Shown here piece after piece: positions 27,241-40,120 of a DNA stretch of 64,000 bases. Origin of the DNA: Geosiphon pyriformis uo1 (taxonomy: Eukaryota > Fungi > Glomeromycota); assembly GCA_016748015.1 (NCBI GenBank), contig JAAOMT010000566.1:358912-422911 (forward strand), written 5' to 3'. The stretch's first letter is position 1. Every line of letters begins with the position of its first letter. Both the position numbers and the translations under genes were made by a program. The notes beneath the pieces were generated by a model that was not told the DNA's origin, ran no database searches, and saw only the letters and a program-made list of their open reading frames with translations.

Positions 27241-28064
27241 CTATAAAAAATCTTCTTTTAAAACTCTTTCAGCTTCTCGTATGTCTCGCTCGGCCCGATT
27301 TAGGTATCTTTGCAAAACTTTGATCATGGTCTCATAGTAACGTCTCCGATAATGAGAAAGAAAATCTGATCCAATACAATCCTGTAAATAATAGCGATAA
27401 GCATGAATCAGAGTCATTAGACTGTGGAGCTTTGCCCGATGTTTCCACATGATTTTTTCTTCTGGATTCTGAAGAAGGAAATATTCCGATTCTGCATTTT
27501 CAATGTGAGGTAACCAATACAAAAAGATACCAAGGGGCCTTTCGATAAATGGAAGAAATTCCGTGAAATCCTGTCTTACACTTGAAAGATTACACTTTCT
27601 GTGTGAAAGAAAATTTGTCATTTTTTTCCCCTCCTTGACTGCAAGTAAAAGTTTCATGATAGAAGTAAACTCTTTTCAAATTTTACTTCTTACCGTATAA
27701 CGCTTTTATAAAAGCAAAACTCACAACAGCGTACATAAAATTCCCAAAATACTTTAACTGAGTCGGGGTCTTGTACGCGACAGAATTGACATCCTCGTTG
27801 TGTCATTGAAAGTTCTATATATGATTTTTCATTGAGTCCAGGGGGAATATCAAATTGAAGCAGCGGTAAAAATTGAAATCTTGACATTCTCCATATATGC
27901 TGGGTTGTGATTGACTCTTGGGAGCATAAAAATTCTCGAAATCTTCGACAAACTTGAGAAAGGGAAACCAGATCATCCGGAGTCAGATCCTTGCAAATTT
28001 CGATAAATATTTCAGGAGGAATTGCATTGACCAAAGATTTATTTAATGTATTGAATTTCTTCAT
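27241..28064 (-). CDS. F-box protein, 242 aa. Exons 28064-27694 and 27598-27241
   Basis: F-box IPPEIFIEICKDLTPDDLVSLSQVCRRFREFL, then IWRMSR and the Cys motif GCQFC...VFWEFYVRCCEFC. A 95-nt phase-2 GT-AG intron joins the two listed ORFs. Confidence 0.88.
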
Positions 28065-30537
28065 GGAAATTGTTTAGCGACAGTGCGAATTTGAAGAGAT
28101 AGGGAGAAAATCTTAAAAAGGTGAAAACCCTATACGAAATGAAAGATGAATTTTTCAGCGATGGATAAGTGTCAGACGTAAGAAAGGGTTGAAAGTGGTT
28201 GAAAGAGTGAGAAATCGGGTGGTTTATGCTTTTCTGCTCATCATTCTTTTAAATAGTGAATTTCGAATCGCGCAGTGATCAGCCCAAGAGTATTCTTGAT
28301 TGGACTCAGATTTTTTGTTGTCAGCTATGATTCTGCGATAGGCAGTATTTATGAATTTAAAAAATTAATTAATGAGCCAAATGTGATTAAGAATTATCAA
28401 TTCATTTGTCATATTCTTAAAGTTTTATACATATGATTATACTCATTATATTCTGTATATAAGTCAATATATATATTAATCCTATTGAAACAGATCATAT
28501 CTCTTAAAGCATAAACATACTACATTGTCACAAGTCTCCCTATCTTGACCCTTATTTACCTTCGCTAGAATACAATGGAATAGCATAGAACTTTAAAAAA
28601 ATCTCTTGGAAGATAAAAAGGATGACGTATTGCATCTACCAGTATTTTAACCCAGGTTTCTTTTGTTTAACAGTCTGCTATTAGGTTCTTGTAGCTAGTA
28701 CCGGGGAATAGTAACATAAAACTTCATATTGTTGTGGATGCTTTTTATCATTTTCGTGTGTTTATAGAAAAATTAAAATGCTAATAATGAATTAAGATAT
28801 ATTAAAAAAAAATATAATCAAGTTAATTATTTATTAAAAAAATTTTTTTTTGTTACATAAAAACAAATTTATAACTATAAATAAATTCATCATCATAATC
28901 AAGATAATTGATTAATATATAGACAATATCAAAACTTTTGCTGTTGAAATTTTGGTTTAAAAACAGCTCTACTGTGATTGAAAAATAGCCAATTTCCATA
29001 ACACATAAAAAATTCAAGTAATGAAATTAAAATTTTTCTAAAATAATAGAACTTATTGTTTGGATTTTTACAAATGCAAAAGTAAGTAAATAATTAATTA
29101 AGTAAAATATAATACAGTTAATAGGTGAGCTTCAAGTCTGGAAGTCAACTTTTTGATTCAGATTCTTTACTGGGAGCACTTTAAGTTCATATTGCATGAA
29201 ATAAGAAAGTTTGCCAGCTTCAGTATTAAAACCTGAGATAAAAAGCTTATTGTACTGTATTTATAAAAATTTCTAACATATTAAGAATAAATTCCTGAGT
29301 ATCTTAGAGAGCAAATTTAATATCTGAGATCTTTTTTCTTTAAAAACAGTCACCCTTCTCGTTTTTGTGTGATTGATTGAAGCCTCTTGAAATCCAAAAT
29401 AAATTAAAATTTTCAAAAAGTTTCCCAGACGCCTGACGTTGCTGCTGAAGTATATCGACTGGAGAGGGCAAATCTTTATTAAACACTTTTTAAAAGTAAA
29501 GTTCGGCTCTTCAGTTGAGAAAAACTAAAAAAAAACTACCATAGATGTGTTAGATATTGGGTATGCATTTCTATCTTCGCTCTATGTAAATTTGATTCTA
29601 ATATTTAGTCAATCTCATTTTTTTGGAATACAAGATGTGGAACAGAACATTGGGTAATTGAGATGACAAAAATGTATCCAACTCGGATCTATATGTCACC
29701 GATTTTTTCAGGAAAATAAAGTGATTGAGCGTCTATGATTAACAGAACCTGGTGGCTTGAACAAATCTTAAAAAGGTTTGAAGGATATGACAATATTGAG
29801 CATTCTCAGCTCATTATTGTACTTGGAAAGCATGGTGACTTTTGGGAAAAGTGGTAAGAGGCAGACTGTTTTAGTTGCTATTCCCTAAATATAAAAAAAA
29901 CCTTTTCTTATTATAGGCGTTAGAATTTCTAATGGAAGCATGGAAAGGAGAGCATTTGTTGTTCCAGTAATGAATATAAGCATTTAATATTATCATGGAC
30001 TTATAGAAGAGATGAAACGAGTGGCTGGCATTAGATCATGTATGGTTTTTAAGTATAAAAATTTCTTTTGGCAAGGCTCAATTATGGAAAGGGGTCAGAA
30101 CAAAATATTATAACCAGTATTTAACTCGTGGTCCCAATTCTTTTCGTTCAACCCAAGGCTATTTTTATGATCAGCATGACCATAGTAAAATTGGGATTTG
30201 TCAGTGAGGGATCAAAATAGGTCTAAATTCGTTTTGTTAGCGGTCGATCGTTATTCACTTGTTTGAAGTATAATTAAACGTAAAGCCAATATCCAAAATT
30301 TTTGGCCGTCATTTCTATTTTAAATTTTATTCTAGTTTACCATTTTAAGATATAGAGGATCACTCCTGAATAATTAAGTGCTAAAAATTTAATTAGCCGC
30401 TTGCGGTAGGAAGCTAATATTACGTGCCAATCAGATGTTAAGCAAAAGGCCGAGCACTTTATCTTCTTTTCAACCGAATAGATTTCTAAAATTGATCAGT
30501 TCGAAAAAATTATTAAATGAGAATATCATGAATACTC

Positions 30538-30544
30538 TATAAAA
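30538..30544 (+). promoter_or_regulatory. Candidate TATA box of the Opy2-repeat gene
   Basis: TATAAAA 108 nt upstream of ATG 30646, followed by a pyrimidine-rich stretch. Confidence 0.45.
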
Positions 30545-30645
30545 AGACTCATTTTTCTCCAGCTTTTTATCCTTATTCAAAAGTTCACTTTATCAAGAAC
30601 CTTTTATTCCATCACACAGCTGAAAAACGCGTAAAAAATCACGAG

Positions 30646-31473
30646 ATGGCCAAAGGAAAATTAGTTTTCAAAATTCTTCTCATATCCACTTTTCTTGCTT
30701 ATGCTTTTCTATTCACTTGCGTAGATGCGTTCCCAAAGGAAAAAAGTATGAGTTGATGTATTACTATTTTTGACAAATTTAAAAAGTTTCGAAATTTTTA
30801 CTTTTCTGATTATGTGTAAGAAAATATGCTAATTATATTTGGCATATTGTAAACATCACTATTAGGGTGCGTGAGCTGTTCTCAAACCGTTCGAGAATGC
30901 CCAGAGTGTGGTCCAGGACAGTATTGTAAGGTTATTAAAGGGGATTGTAACCATTGTTCATCGGCAACTTGTGAACGTCTAGCTGGAGATCACCCGACGA
31001 ACGATTCAGACGGTTTAATTTGTATACAACAAATTCCTCAATGTCCTACCTGTTTCCATGGTGAAGAATGTGTCAAGTCCCCGAAAACCGCTAATACCTG
31101 TCCTACTGCCACATGTCAAAAAATAAGGGGGAAACCAGGATACGATAGACCAGTTAGATATAACCAGAAAAATGAGCTTGATACTCCTACACTTGAGAAA
31201 CGTTTGATTTGTCCAGCCGTTGTACCAAAGTGTCCACCATGTGATGAAGACCAAGAGTGCGTAATTTTAAGAAAACCAGATGCTTGTCCCAAAGGAATCT
31301 GTCAGAAAAAAAACATCAAACCACCACCAGAAACTGGACCTTGCAAAATTCCTTTGAACTGCTTCTGGGCACCTAAATGTCAAAAAAATACTTGCCCGGA
31401 AGGACAGATATGCCAAGAGTTGCCACAAACATGCAAACAATGTGCTTCTACTTATTGCTCAACTCTTGCTTAA
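30646..31473 (+). CDS. Secreted Cys-rich protein with four Opy2-N-like modules and two KR sites. Exons 30646-30745 and 30866-31473
   Basis: Signal peptide MAKGKLVFKILLISTFLAYAFLFTCVDA, then FPKEKR|CVSC (the R codon spans a phase-1 GT-AG intron). Four modules with spacing like the Opy2 Cys-rich domain, e.g. CPEGQICQELPQTCKQCASTYC. LEKR precedes module 3. No transmembrane segment. Confidence 0.88.
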
Positions 31474-34400
31474 TCTGTATTTGTGTATTGGATACCAATT
31501 ATCTTCTTAAATATATCAACGATAGCATGTTCCGTTTTCAAGATATTACAATTTAGACTTAACGGACTTTTATCTATTAACGTTTTATGAGCATCTTTAT
31601 CTTAGACTACAAGGAACTTTGTATTTTCTTAGAGATTATCTGCCGGAGCTTTCAATTTAGCGTTATTAAACAAAAAATCAAGGACTTTAACATATCAATG
31701 AAAAATCTGAATTTTATAATTGATTCAATTAGATCCAATGAGTTTCTAGAAATAAATAATTTTTCAGTGATCATTTTACTAATTGCCGATGAAAAGATTT
31801 TCCTGAGGTAACTTCTGAAAATGCTGCTACCAATACCGCCAATAAAGGGTCACCTCTACACCCGTGTCTCTAGTACGAAGCAAAAAAAGCTTTTCCTATG
31901 GAGCCTTAGTCCTACAGTGACCATGCAGGGGTTAATAACAAAGAGCACGTGTCTCAATATGCTTCTTTCAGATAATTGCATCGGGTATATTGAAAACCAT
32001 TAATGGATCTGCCTCTCATATTGATCACATGCTTTCCCAACCTAGTTTTTAACAAATATTTTTCAAGATTACAAGGCCTTAATACTAACCAAATAAGTAT
32101 TTAAAACTTTCCCGATTTCTCAAAAATAGGTTTTTCTACTATTATTATTAATTTTTTTATAGTTAGAAAGGTTAGCTCTCAAATTTCAGTCAGAATGGAA
32201 GCTTTTTTCCCTTATTATTGTTCCCAAAAATAAAAGCAAGTTTTAGGCCAGGAAAATTCAACAATTTTGAACTTACTCCAAACCGTTTAATTCTCTTTTA
32301 ATCCTCGTGAGAGCATAGATATTGAAGGAGTAAAACGTAAAAAATTTGTGCTATCTATTTTTCAATTATTAATTCACAAGTTTATAAATAATTTTGCTAG
32401 TATTAGATGATTCTTGATGAGAAGCACTAAATATGTATATACAGCGCTAGCAAAATAGCTCCCGGCAAATAAAAAAATGACTAGTTTAATGTTTGAGCGA
32501 AAAGCATCAATTTTTACTGAATTGAAGAGTTTCAGCAATTTTGCAAATTTACCAAGATTTCCAAAAAAAATTTCAATATTTAATTGGGGATATTCTGTGC
32601 GTATAGCAGGAAGAATTTTCTTGTCTTTCTTACCAAATTGGTGGGAATATATTTTCTCTATAAAATTATTGAAACAGAAAACGGTTGCCATGCAACTTCA
32701 GTTTATCGTTCAGGAGCTGGTTCTTTGCGTATTAAAAGATAGGTCAAGAAATCTTCATAACCATTTATGGCATAAATGCACACATAATATTTATCAATCT
32801 TACTTTAGAGCTAAGTTTTGCAATGAATTCAGAAATGGCTTATAAAGAGTGCGCGATTAGATATTTACCAGCTCAAAAAGTATTTTAAGGTTTGGGAAAT
32901 TTTACTGCATAATATATAAAAGTTCTTTGAAAGTATTTGACAATAATTTTTTAGTTTAGAGATCAAAACAAGGAAGGTGAAAGGAGTATGCTCAATTAGA
33001 TTTTGTAAAAATAATTTACATGTATATGGAGCTTAGAAAGATTTGAGAGCTTTCGATAAGATAATTAAAATTAAGGTTGAGAAATATTCACGTACTAGAA
33101 ATGCCAAAGGATAGAGCCAACTTTATTCTGTTTACAAGGTGTGTCACCTGCCTAACAAGACATAAGTTGAATCCAGATATTTTTCCAATATGATGTAAAG
33201 CACATAAAGAGATTCTGAATTAATAAAGAGATACAGTGTGACAAAAAAAAACTAAAAAGTCTGTGATAGACATTATTCAAAGCAATTCTACTTCTGGAGT
33301 GAAAGATATCAAAAGTTAGAAAAAAAGAAAATTACAGACATATATCAAAATATAGCTCTATAAGTTTTCAGAAATTGTTTGTCTTTTGTAAATAATTGCT
33401 TCTAAGCTAGATACAAAAGAAAAAGACGTTTAAAATTATTTAAGTATATGAAAATTAGACATTTCCATAAACAATTCATTTTAATGTTATTAACTGCAAT
33501 AATATATTAAAAAATTTGAACTTATTTAATTAAATTCACATTTTCTATTTTGTATAGTGTATTTGGTATTAATATTCTGATTTCTGTTGCTAAATATCAA
33601 ACTCATTGTGTTTTATAAGTAAAAAGCAAAAATAGCAAAGTAGCATTAATTCTGGGTTTGCTAATGCTAAAGGCTTAATAAAGTTATTGTTTGTACACAA
33701 AACATTAAACTTGCAAATAATAAAATAATTTTTAATCAAATTTTTAATAAAACCTATCAGATTGAAAACAAATTCCATAAACAATTTTCTTGCAAGTGTA
33801 ATAACTTTTTTTTGTTAAATGAGCATGTTAATAACAATACAGAAACACTATTTTTTAAATAAAACAGTTAATACATTATATTAAAAATACTAGAAAATGC
33901 CAATCTACCAAAAACATTAATATGTATAAATAACTAAAAATTTATCTAAATTTCTGAATATTAAACAAAAATTGGTGAAATGTAAAATATGCAAAATATT
34001 GACATACACTAATAAGTTTGTAAAAATTTAAATTGGATTAAATAACTAGAAAATTTTAATGTTATATGTTTTAAATAAAAAAGTTATAATTTAAAACTAC
34101 ACATTTATACCTACAGCCAATACAAAGTTAAAAATTAATATAACAAGTGAATGATAATAATTCCATAATTTTGTAATACTTAAAAATTTTGATATTTAAA
34201 TATGCTAATTTCTATATTAATAATAATAAATTTATGTATTTTTCTAAAAAAAATAGTATGTTAAATTTTAAAAAATTGCAAATTAACTAAATCAAAAAAA
34301 ATAAATTTGGTTTGAACGTTTTTGGTATATACTATAAAAAATTGATTATTAATAATTAAGTTAAAAGCAAAACATAAAAAAATTGGTTTGTGTAAAAACT

Positions 34401-36112
34401 AAAATAATTAAAAAATACAATATTTTGTTAAACCACTCAAAATTTATGAATTAAAAAACTAGTATTTATAATGTTAAATATTTAAATAAAATTAAATAAG
34501 ATTCTTAAACATGTTTTATAATATGTAATTTAGTTTTGTTGAATAAATGTAGTTTTAATTGGTTTTAATAGTTAGTTACATATAAAATCCTTTATTTTAA
34601 AATATGTATATGTTTTATGTATATAAATAATAATTAAACTAAGTTCAATAAAGCATAAAATATCAAAATGTTATAAATTAAGATAACATACTAAGATGTA
34701 GTAAAAAATAGATATTATATAATGCTAAATTCAATATGTAAAATCAGTTACATAAAAATCTCATTTGTTAATTTTTCAAAAATAAAGAAATATTTTATAT
34801 TATTGACAAAAGATAACACAACTAATATAATTATTGTTAATATTGTAAAAATAATATTTTTTATAGCTTTGAGAAATCTTGTTTATATATTTTTTAAAAG
34901 GAATAATTAATCAATTCAATAATCAAATTAATAATTCAGTCGATAATTAAGTTAATAATTAGATCAATAATTAATTTTAAAAATAGGGTTGATAATCTGT
35001 ATAATTAAATATAAATAAATAGTTACTAAAAATGAAAAGATTAAACTATAACAATATTTTCTTTTTATTAATGCTAATTTTTACATAGTTAAAGCCCAAA
35101 AGATTAAGGCTAAATTGAAAGTTTCTAAAATTATAAAAAAATTAAGACTTTGCTATTTTAATATTAGTGTGTTTTTATAGAATTAAAATTCCTAGAATAC
35201 GTTTATTATGATATTGACATATTTGTTAAAGGCATATTTAAAGATATTATTTATATAAGACCAATTCATATTGTTAATAAATAAAATATATTTATATTCT
35301 TTAAAAGTTTTAAAGACATAAATTTTCAAAGCAAAACCAATTTTTTTTACTGCTTTATTAAAAAGCAAGTTGAAATTGAAAATTGTAAAATAAAAATAAA
35401 ATTAGTATTTGCAAAATTTTCAAAACTTATAAATATAAATTATTAAACTTGCAACTAAGAATTTGTTTATATAGAAACTTTTTTTAGTAAAAATATCAAA
35501 ACAATTAAGATAAATTTAACAATAAAAATTAAAGATTTTTATGTAGAAGTTTTCTATTAAGTATTGTTTTGGCTTCTAAAAAAGACTTAAGTAACAAGTT
35601 ACTATTTGTTACTTATTATAAAAAACAGAATATTAAATTAATTTGAAAAACTTTAAAAAACTTTTGCTAAGTTTTTTTAATATAGTTTTTAACTAATTAA
35701 TAAAAGAAAAAAAGATCTTAAATATTATACTTATGTTAAAGATTTAATGGCTTGAAAATTTCAATATCAACTGATAGGCTTGATTACAGGCCTAATTATG
35801 ATACTACTGGATTTAATTAGTAATTTCAAAAATGACGACTTTGTTAAGACTGCTTAGAAACATAAGAAAGTACTTCAGTTTGCTTACTCAAATTAATTTA
35901 CATAGTAAATATTGAATCATTAAAAAGTTGTAAGCAAAAGAATAACAAAAATAAAATCTTTGAGCTAATGCGTTAAGTAATATCAAATGTTTAATTTGTT
36001 TGGTTTTGTTGCAGCAAATCTCATATGACATTTTTAAATTAAATTAATTAAAAATGCTATTTTTTAATAATAAAGTATATTCTATCTGAGCCAATTATTC
36101 TACAATAATGCC

Positions 36113-36364
36113 CTAATTCAGCATACATATCTGCTTTGTGGTTTCTAAGAGCTTTTTTCTTTTCAAATAATCTGTTGTTACGTCAAAATCAAAATTTTTG
36201 TTTTCTAAAAAACTATTAATCATTGTCGTTAAAACACCCACACCACTACCAAATTTTGCTATCATTGTTGAAATTTGGGCTATCGCATTTTCAAGAGCTT
36301 TGATGCAGTCAACAGGTAACTTACTCTTTGAATTTTCTGATAGGATTTCAATTATTTTTTTCAA
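36113..36364 (-). pseudogene. Possible relic of an unidentified helical-protein gene
   Basis: 83-codon open frame with protein-like composition inside AT-rich DNA; TTG start only. Neighbouring sequence at ~36000-36030 resembles 26470-26500. Confidence 0.3.
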
Positions 36365-37261
36365 ATAAAATTTTTCATTTATTTATATTTGACTTATTAT
36401 TTTTGGCAAATTATTTTTATGTTTAATTTTTACAAAAACTTGACAAACTCTTAATATTTTGTAAAATTAACTAATTCATATTTAGAATAAATTAAACTAA
36501 ACGGTTGTAAATCAAAGGTTCGTGTGAATTAATTTTCAATTTCAGATTAATACAGATCTATTTAGAAATAAAAATGACATTGATCGAGGAAGATATCTTT
36601 GTCAAATGCTATCAAGGTATGGCTAGGATGCCACCTAAATGATTAAGAGATATTTCCACTCTGTTAACAGTTTCCGCTTTGTATAATCAGATTCAATTTT
36701 TTGGCTTATACCTCCCAGATTTTCTGTGTAAACACGCTGACTTTGAAATTCGGATGAAAAGACACAACTGAATCGACTTAACAACTCACCATTATTAAAG
36801 TTGATCTTTTGTTTGTTTGAATAGAAGCAATATTAACAATCGACTATTCTGGCCTTTTGATTTCACAGCAAGATAATTGCGAAAAGTTAAAACAAAGCTT
36901 AGTTTTAACGAATTGCTTTTACAAAAGATCTAATGCGGTTTATCTTCTCTTTATTGCGATTCAACTTAATTGATTTTGATAACTGATTTAAAACATTTTA
37001 TTATGAATTGATTGTAGGTTTCAACATGAACGTGAATTCGTATAATAATAAAATAGATGTTCTAATGCTAAGATTGATAATTCAAATTATTTACATTAAT
37101 ATGGGGAAATTCTAATATAGTGGCTTTTTAAGAGGGATTGAAAGACTAGTATATTTATCTCTGTAATTTTAATGACTCTTTAAAGTTAAATTTTCGGAAA
37201 TCAGACATTTTGTTGTTGACAACGAGATAAGTAAATGGATGCCTTGGAATATTACTCTTAC

Positions 37262-38044
37262 TTAAGCATTGAAACCTCCATTAATTGTACCAGCGGAGTT
37301 TTGACCATTTTGTTGGTTACCAATTGCATTGGAATTATATCCATTTCTACCACTATTGTCGTTGAACCCTCCGTTAATAGTACCCAGGGACCACTGGCCA
37401 TTTTGTTGATTACCAATAGCTCTCTTTACATTGAAACCACCATTAATAGTACCAGCGGAGTTTTGACCATTTTGTTGGTTACCAATTGAATTGGAATTAT
37501 ATCCATATCTACCACTATTGTCGTTGAACCCTCCGTTAATAGACCATTGGACCACTGGCCATTTTGTTGATTACCAATAGCTCTCTTTGCATTGAAACCT
37601 CCATTAATAGTACCAGCGGAGTTTTGACCATTTTGTTGGTTACCAATTGAATTGGAATTATATCCATATCTACCACTATTGTCGTTGAACCCTCCGTTAA
37701 TAAGACCATTGGACCACTGGCCATTTTGTTGATTACCAATAGCTCTCTTTACATTGAAACCTCCATTAATAGTACCCTGGGACCACTGACCATTTTGTTG
37801 GTTACCAATTGAATTGGAATTATATCCATATCTACCACTATTGTCGTTGAACCCTCCGTTAATAAAACCATTGGACCACTGGCCATTTTGTTGATTACCA
37901 ATAGCTCTCTTTACATTGAAACCTCCATTAATAGTACCCTGGGACCACTGACCATTTTGTTGGTTACCAATTGCATTGGAATTATATCCATATCTACCAC
38001 TATTGTCGTTGAACCCTCCGTTAATAAAACCATTGGACCACTGG
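37262..38044 (-). CDS. KEX2-type repeat precursor, copy L. 5' end lies in the N-gap; ~4.8 units visible; 1-bp deletion at ~37541 (pseudogene or assembly error)
   Basis: 162-bp units encoding AIGNQQNGQWSxGxINGGFNDNSGR[Y/N]GYNSN[S/A]IGNQQNGQ[WSQ/NSA]GTINGGFN[A/V]KR, with the same stop and 3' flank as copy R. The penultimate unit reads GGTCTATT where the neighbouring unit has GGTCTTATT. Confidence 0.88.
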
Positions 38045-38994
38045 NNNNNNNNNNNNNNNNNNNNNNNNNNNNNNNNNNNNNNNNNNNNNNNNNNNNNNNN
38101 NNNNNNNNNNNNNNNNNNNNNNNNNNNNNNNNNNNNNNNNNNNNNNNNNNNNNNNNNNNNNNNNNNNNNNNNNNNNNNNNNNNNNNNNNNNNNNNNNNNN
38201 NNNNNNNNNNNNNNNNNNNNNNNNNNNNNNNNNNNNNNNNNNNNNNNNNNNNNNNNNNNNNNNNNNNNNNNNNNNNNNNNNNNNNNNNNNNNNNNNNNNN
38301 NNNNNNNNNNNNNNNNNNNNNNNNNNNNNNNNNNNNNNNNNNNNNNNNNNNNNNNNNNNNNNNNNNNNNNNNNNNNNNNNNNNNNNNNNNNNNNNNNNNN
38401 NNNNNNNNNNNNNNNNNNNNNNNNNNNNNNNNNNNNNNNNNNNNNNNNNNNNNNNNNNNNNNNNNNNNNNNNNNNNNNNNNNNNNNNNNNNNNNNNNNNN
38501 NNNNNNNNNNNNNNNNNNNNNNNNNNNNNNNNNNNNNNNNNNNNNNNNNNNNNNNNNNNNNNNNNNNNNNNNNNNNNNNNNNNNNNNNNNNNNNNNNNNN
38601 NNNNNNNNNNNNNNNNNNNNNNNNNNNNNNNNNNNNNNNNNNNNNNNNNNNNNNNNNNNNNNNNNNNNNNNNNNNNNNNNNNNNNNNNNNNNNNNNNNNN
38701 NNNNNNNNNNNNNNNNNNNNNNNNNNNNNNNNNNNNNNNNNNNNNNNNNNNNNNNNNNNNNNNNNNNNNNNNNNNNNNNNNNNNNNNNNNNNNNNNNNNN
38801 NNNNNNNNNNNNNNNNNNNNNNNNNNNNNNNNNNNNNNNNNNNNNNNNNNNNNNNNNNNNNNNNNNNNNNNNNNNNNNNNNNNNNNNNNNNNNNNNNNNN
38901 NNNNNNNNNNNNNNNNNNNNNNNNNNNNNNNNNNNNNNNNNNNNNNNNNNNNNNNNNNNNNNNNNNNNNNNNNNNNNNNNNNNNNNNNNNNNNN
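38045..38994. other. Assembly gap (N run)
   Basis: Run of n characters. Confidence 1.
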
Positions 38995-39977
38995 CCGATA
39001 AATTCTGGTAAAATATGCATTTTAATTATATTTCTGCCTAATTTAACAACATGGCCTATTTAGTTAAAAAATCATACATAAGATAAGGTATAGCTATGAA
39101 TTCTTATAATTTTCTTTATGCTAGTTTCTCTTCGCTAATAAGCTTAAAATGGATTTAGCTTCTCATGTTACATTAATTGGGGAAAAAATGTCTTTGTTTT
39201 TTTTTCAAAATCGTTCACAAAGTTAAATAAACCATATATTATAAATAAAAGTATTCTAATTTCATTTATACTGTTATATTTCATATTAAATTTGCATACA
39301 AAGAATTCTTGCCTACTTAAGCACTAATTTGTTCGTAGAAAGAGATTAAACACAGCCTCTTGTGAATTGTAAATTTTTCTCATGCTATCAGATCTAATTT
39401 GAAGACTAATTTTTAAAAAAATATATTCAAGGCAATTCATTAACAGATATTAGAAAAGGGAAGTATAGAGTTTATTTTAATTAAAGAAAGATAATGGAAG
39501 GTTAAAAGATAAATCCCGCTTCTTAGGTTCGCCACAGAAGAATATTGTCATTAAATCGTCATTTGGGTTTTAAAAAAAGCAATGGCGCAATCATTCGAGT
39601 TGCAAAAAAGTTTAGGTTTCAATAAAATATTACGTTGTTCTTTTACGTGATGGTTTAAGCCGCACATTATTATTCCGATACTTTTGTTTTTTTCCAAAAG
39701 AAATATGACCTATTTAAATTTTGAAGAAGTAAATACATTAATGTTAATTTGAAGAAATCTCTATTATAGAGTATCAGAAATTAATGATTTATTCAAAGAC
39801 GAATTATTGATGTAAAGCTTTATGATCGGAAGACTGGGTCCCAATTTCAAATATAAGCCCATTCATTTTTTGGAAAAATTCAGTCGGCTGAAAAATTTTT
39901 AGATGTCAAAAACAGCTACTTACAAAAATTATTTACGTTTTAGAAACCCCTTGAATTGTTGTTTCTTTTATAACATA

Positions 39978-40120
39978 ATTTGGATAAGCCATATTTTTTT
40001 TTCATTTCTCTATGATGGCATCATGAAAGTACATATCTCAAAGCGTTTCAATGTTTCTCAATCTATCATTTGGATAAGCCATATTTTCTTTCATTCTTCT
40101 ATGATGACAGCATGAAAACC
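39978..40120 (+). repeat. Imperfect direct repeat, ~50-bp core with 90-bp period
   Basis: ATTTGGATAAGCCATATTTT.TTTCATT..CTATGATG.CA.CATGAAA starts at both 39978 and 40068. Confidence 0.8.

Larger units (their letters stand above)
36479..39300 (-). repeat. Left arm of a ~2.8-kb inverted duplication (partner 43442-46187); contains N-gap 38045-38994
   Basis: 36479-37261 is the reverse complement of 45429-46187 with scattered SNPs and indels. 39173-39300 is the reverse complement of 43442-43569. Confidence 0.95.

Noticed and set aside
31587-33420. Small ORFs downstream of the Opy2-repeat gene, and gene-like composition near 33.0-33.4 kb
   Set aside because: No recognisable domain or coherent splice model.
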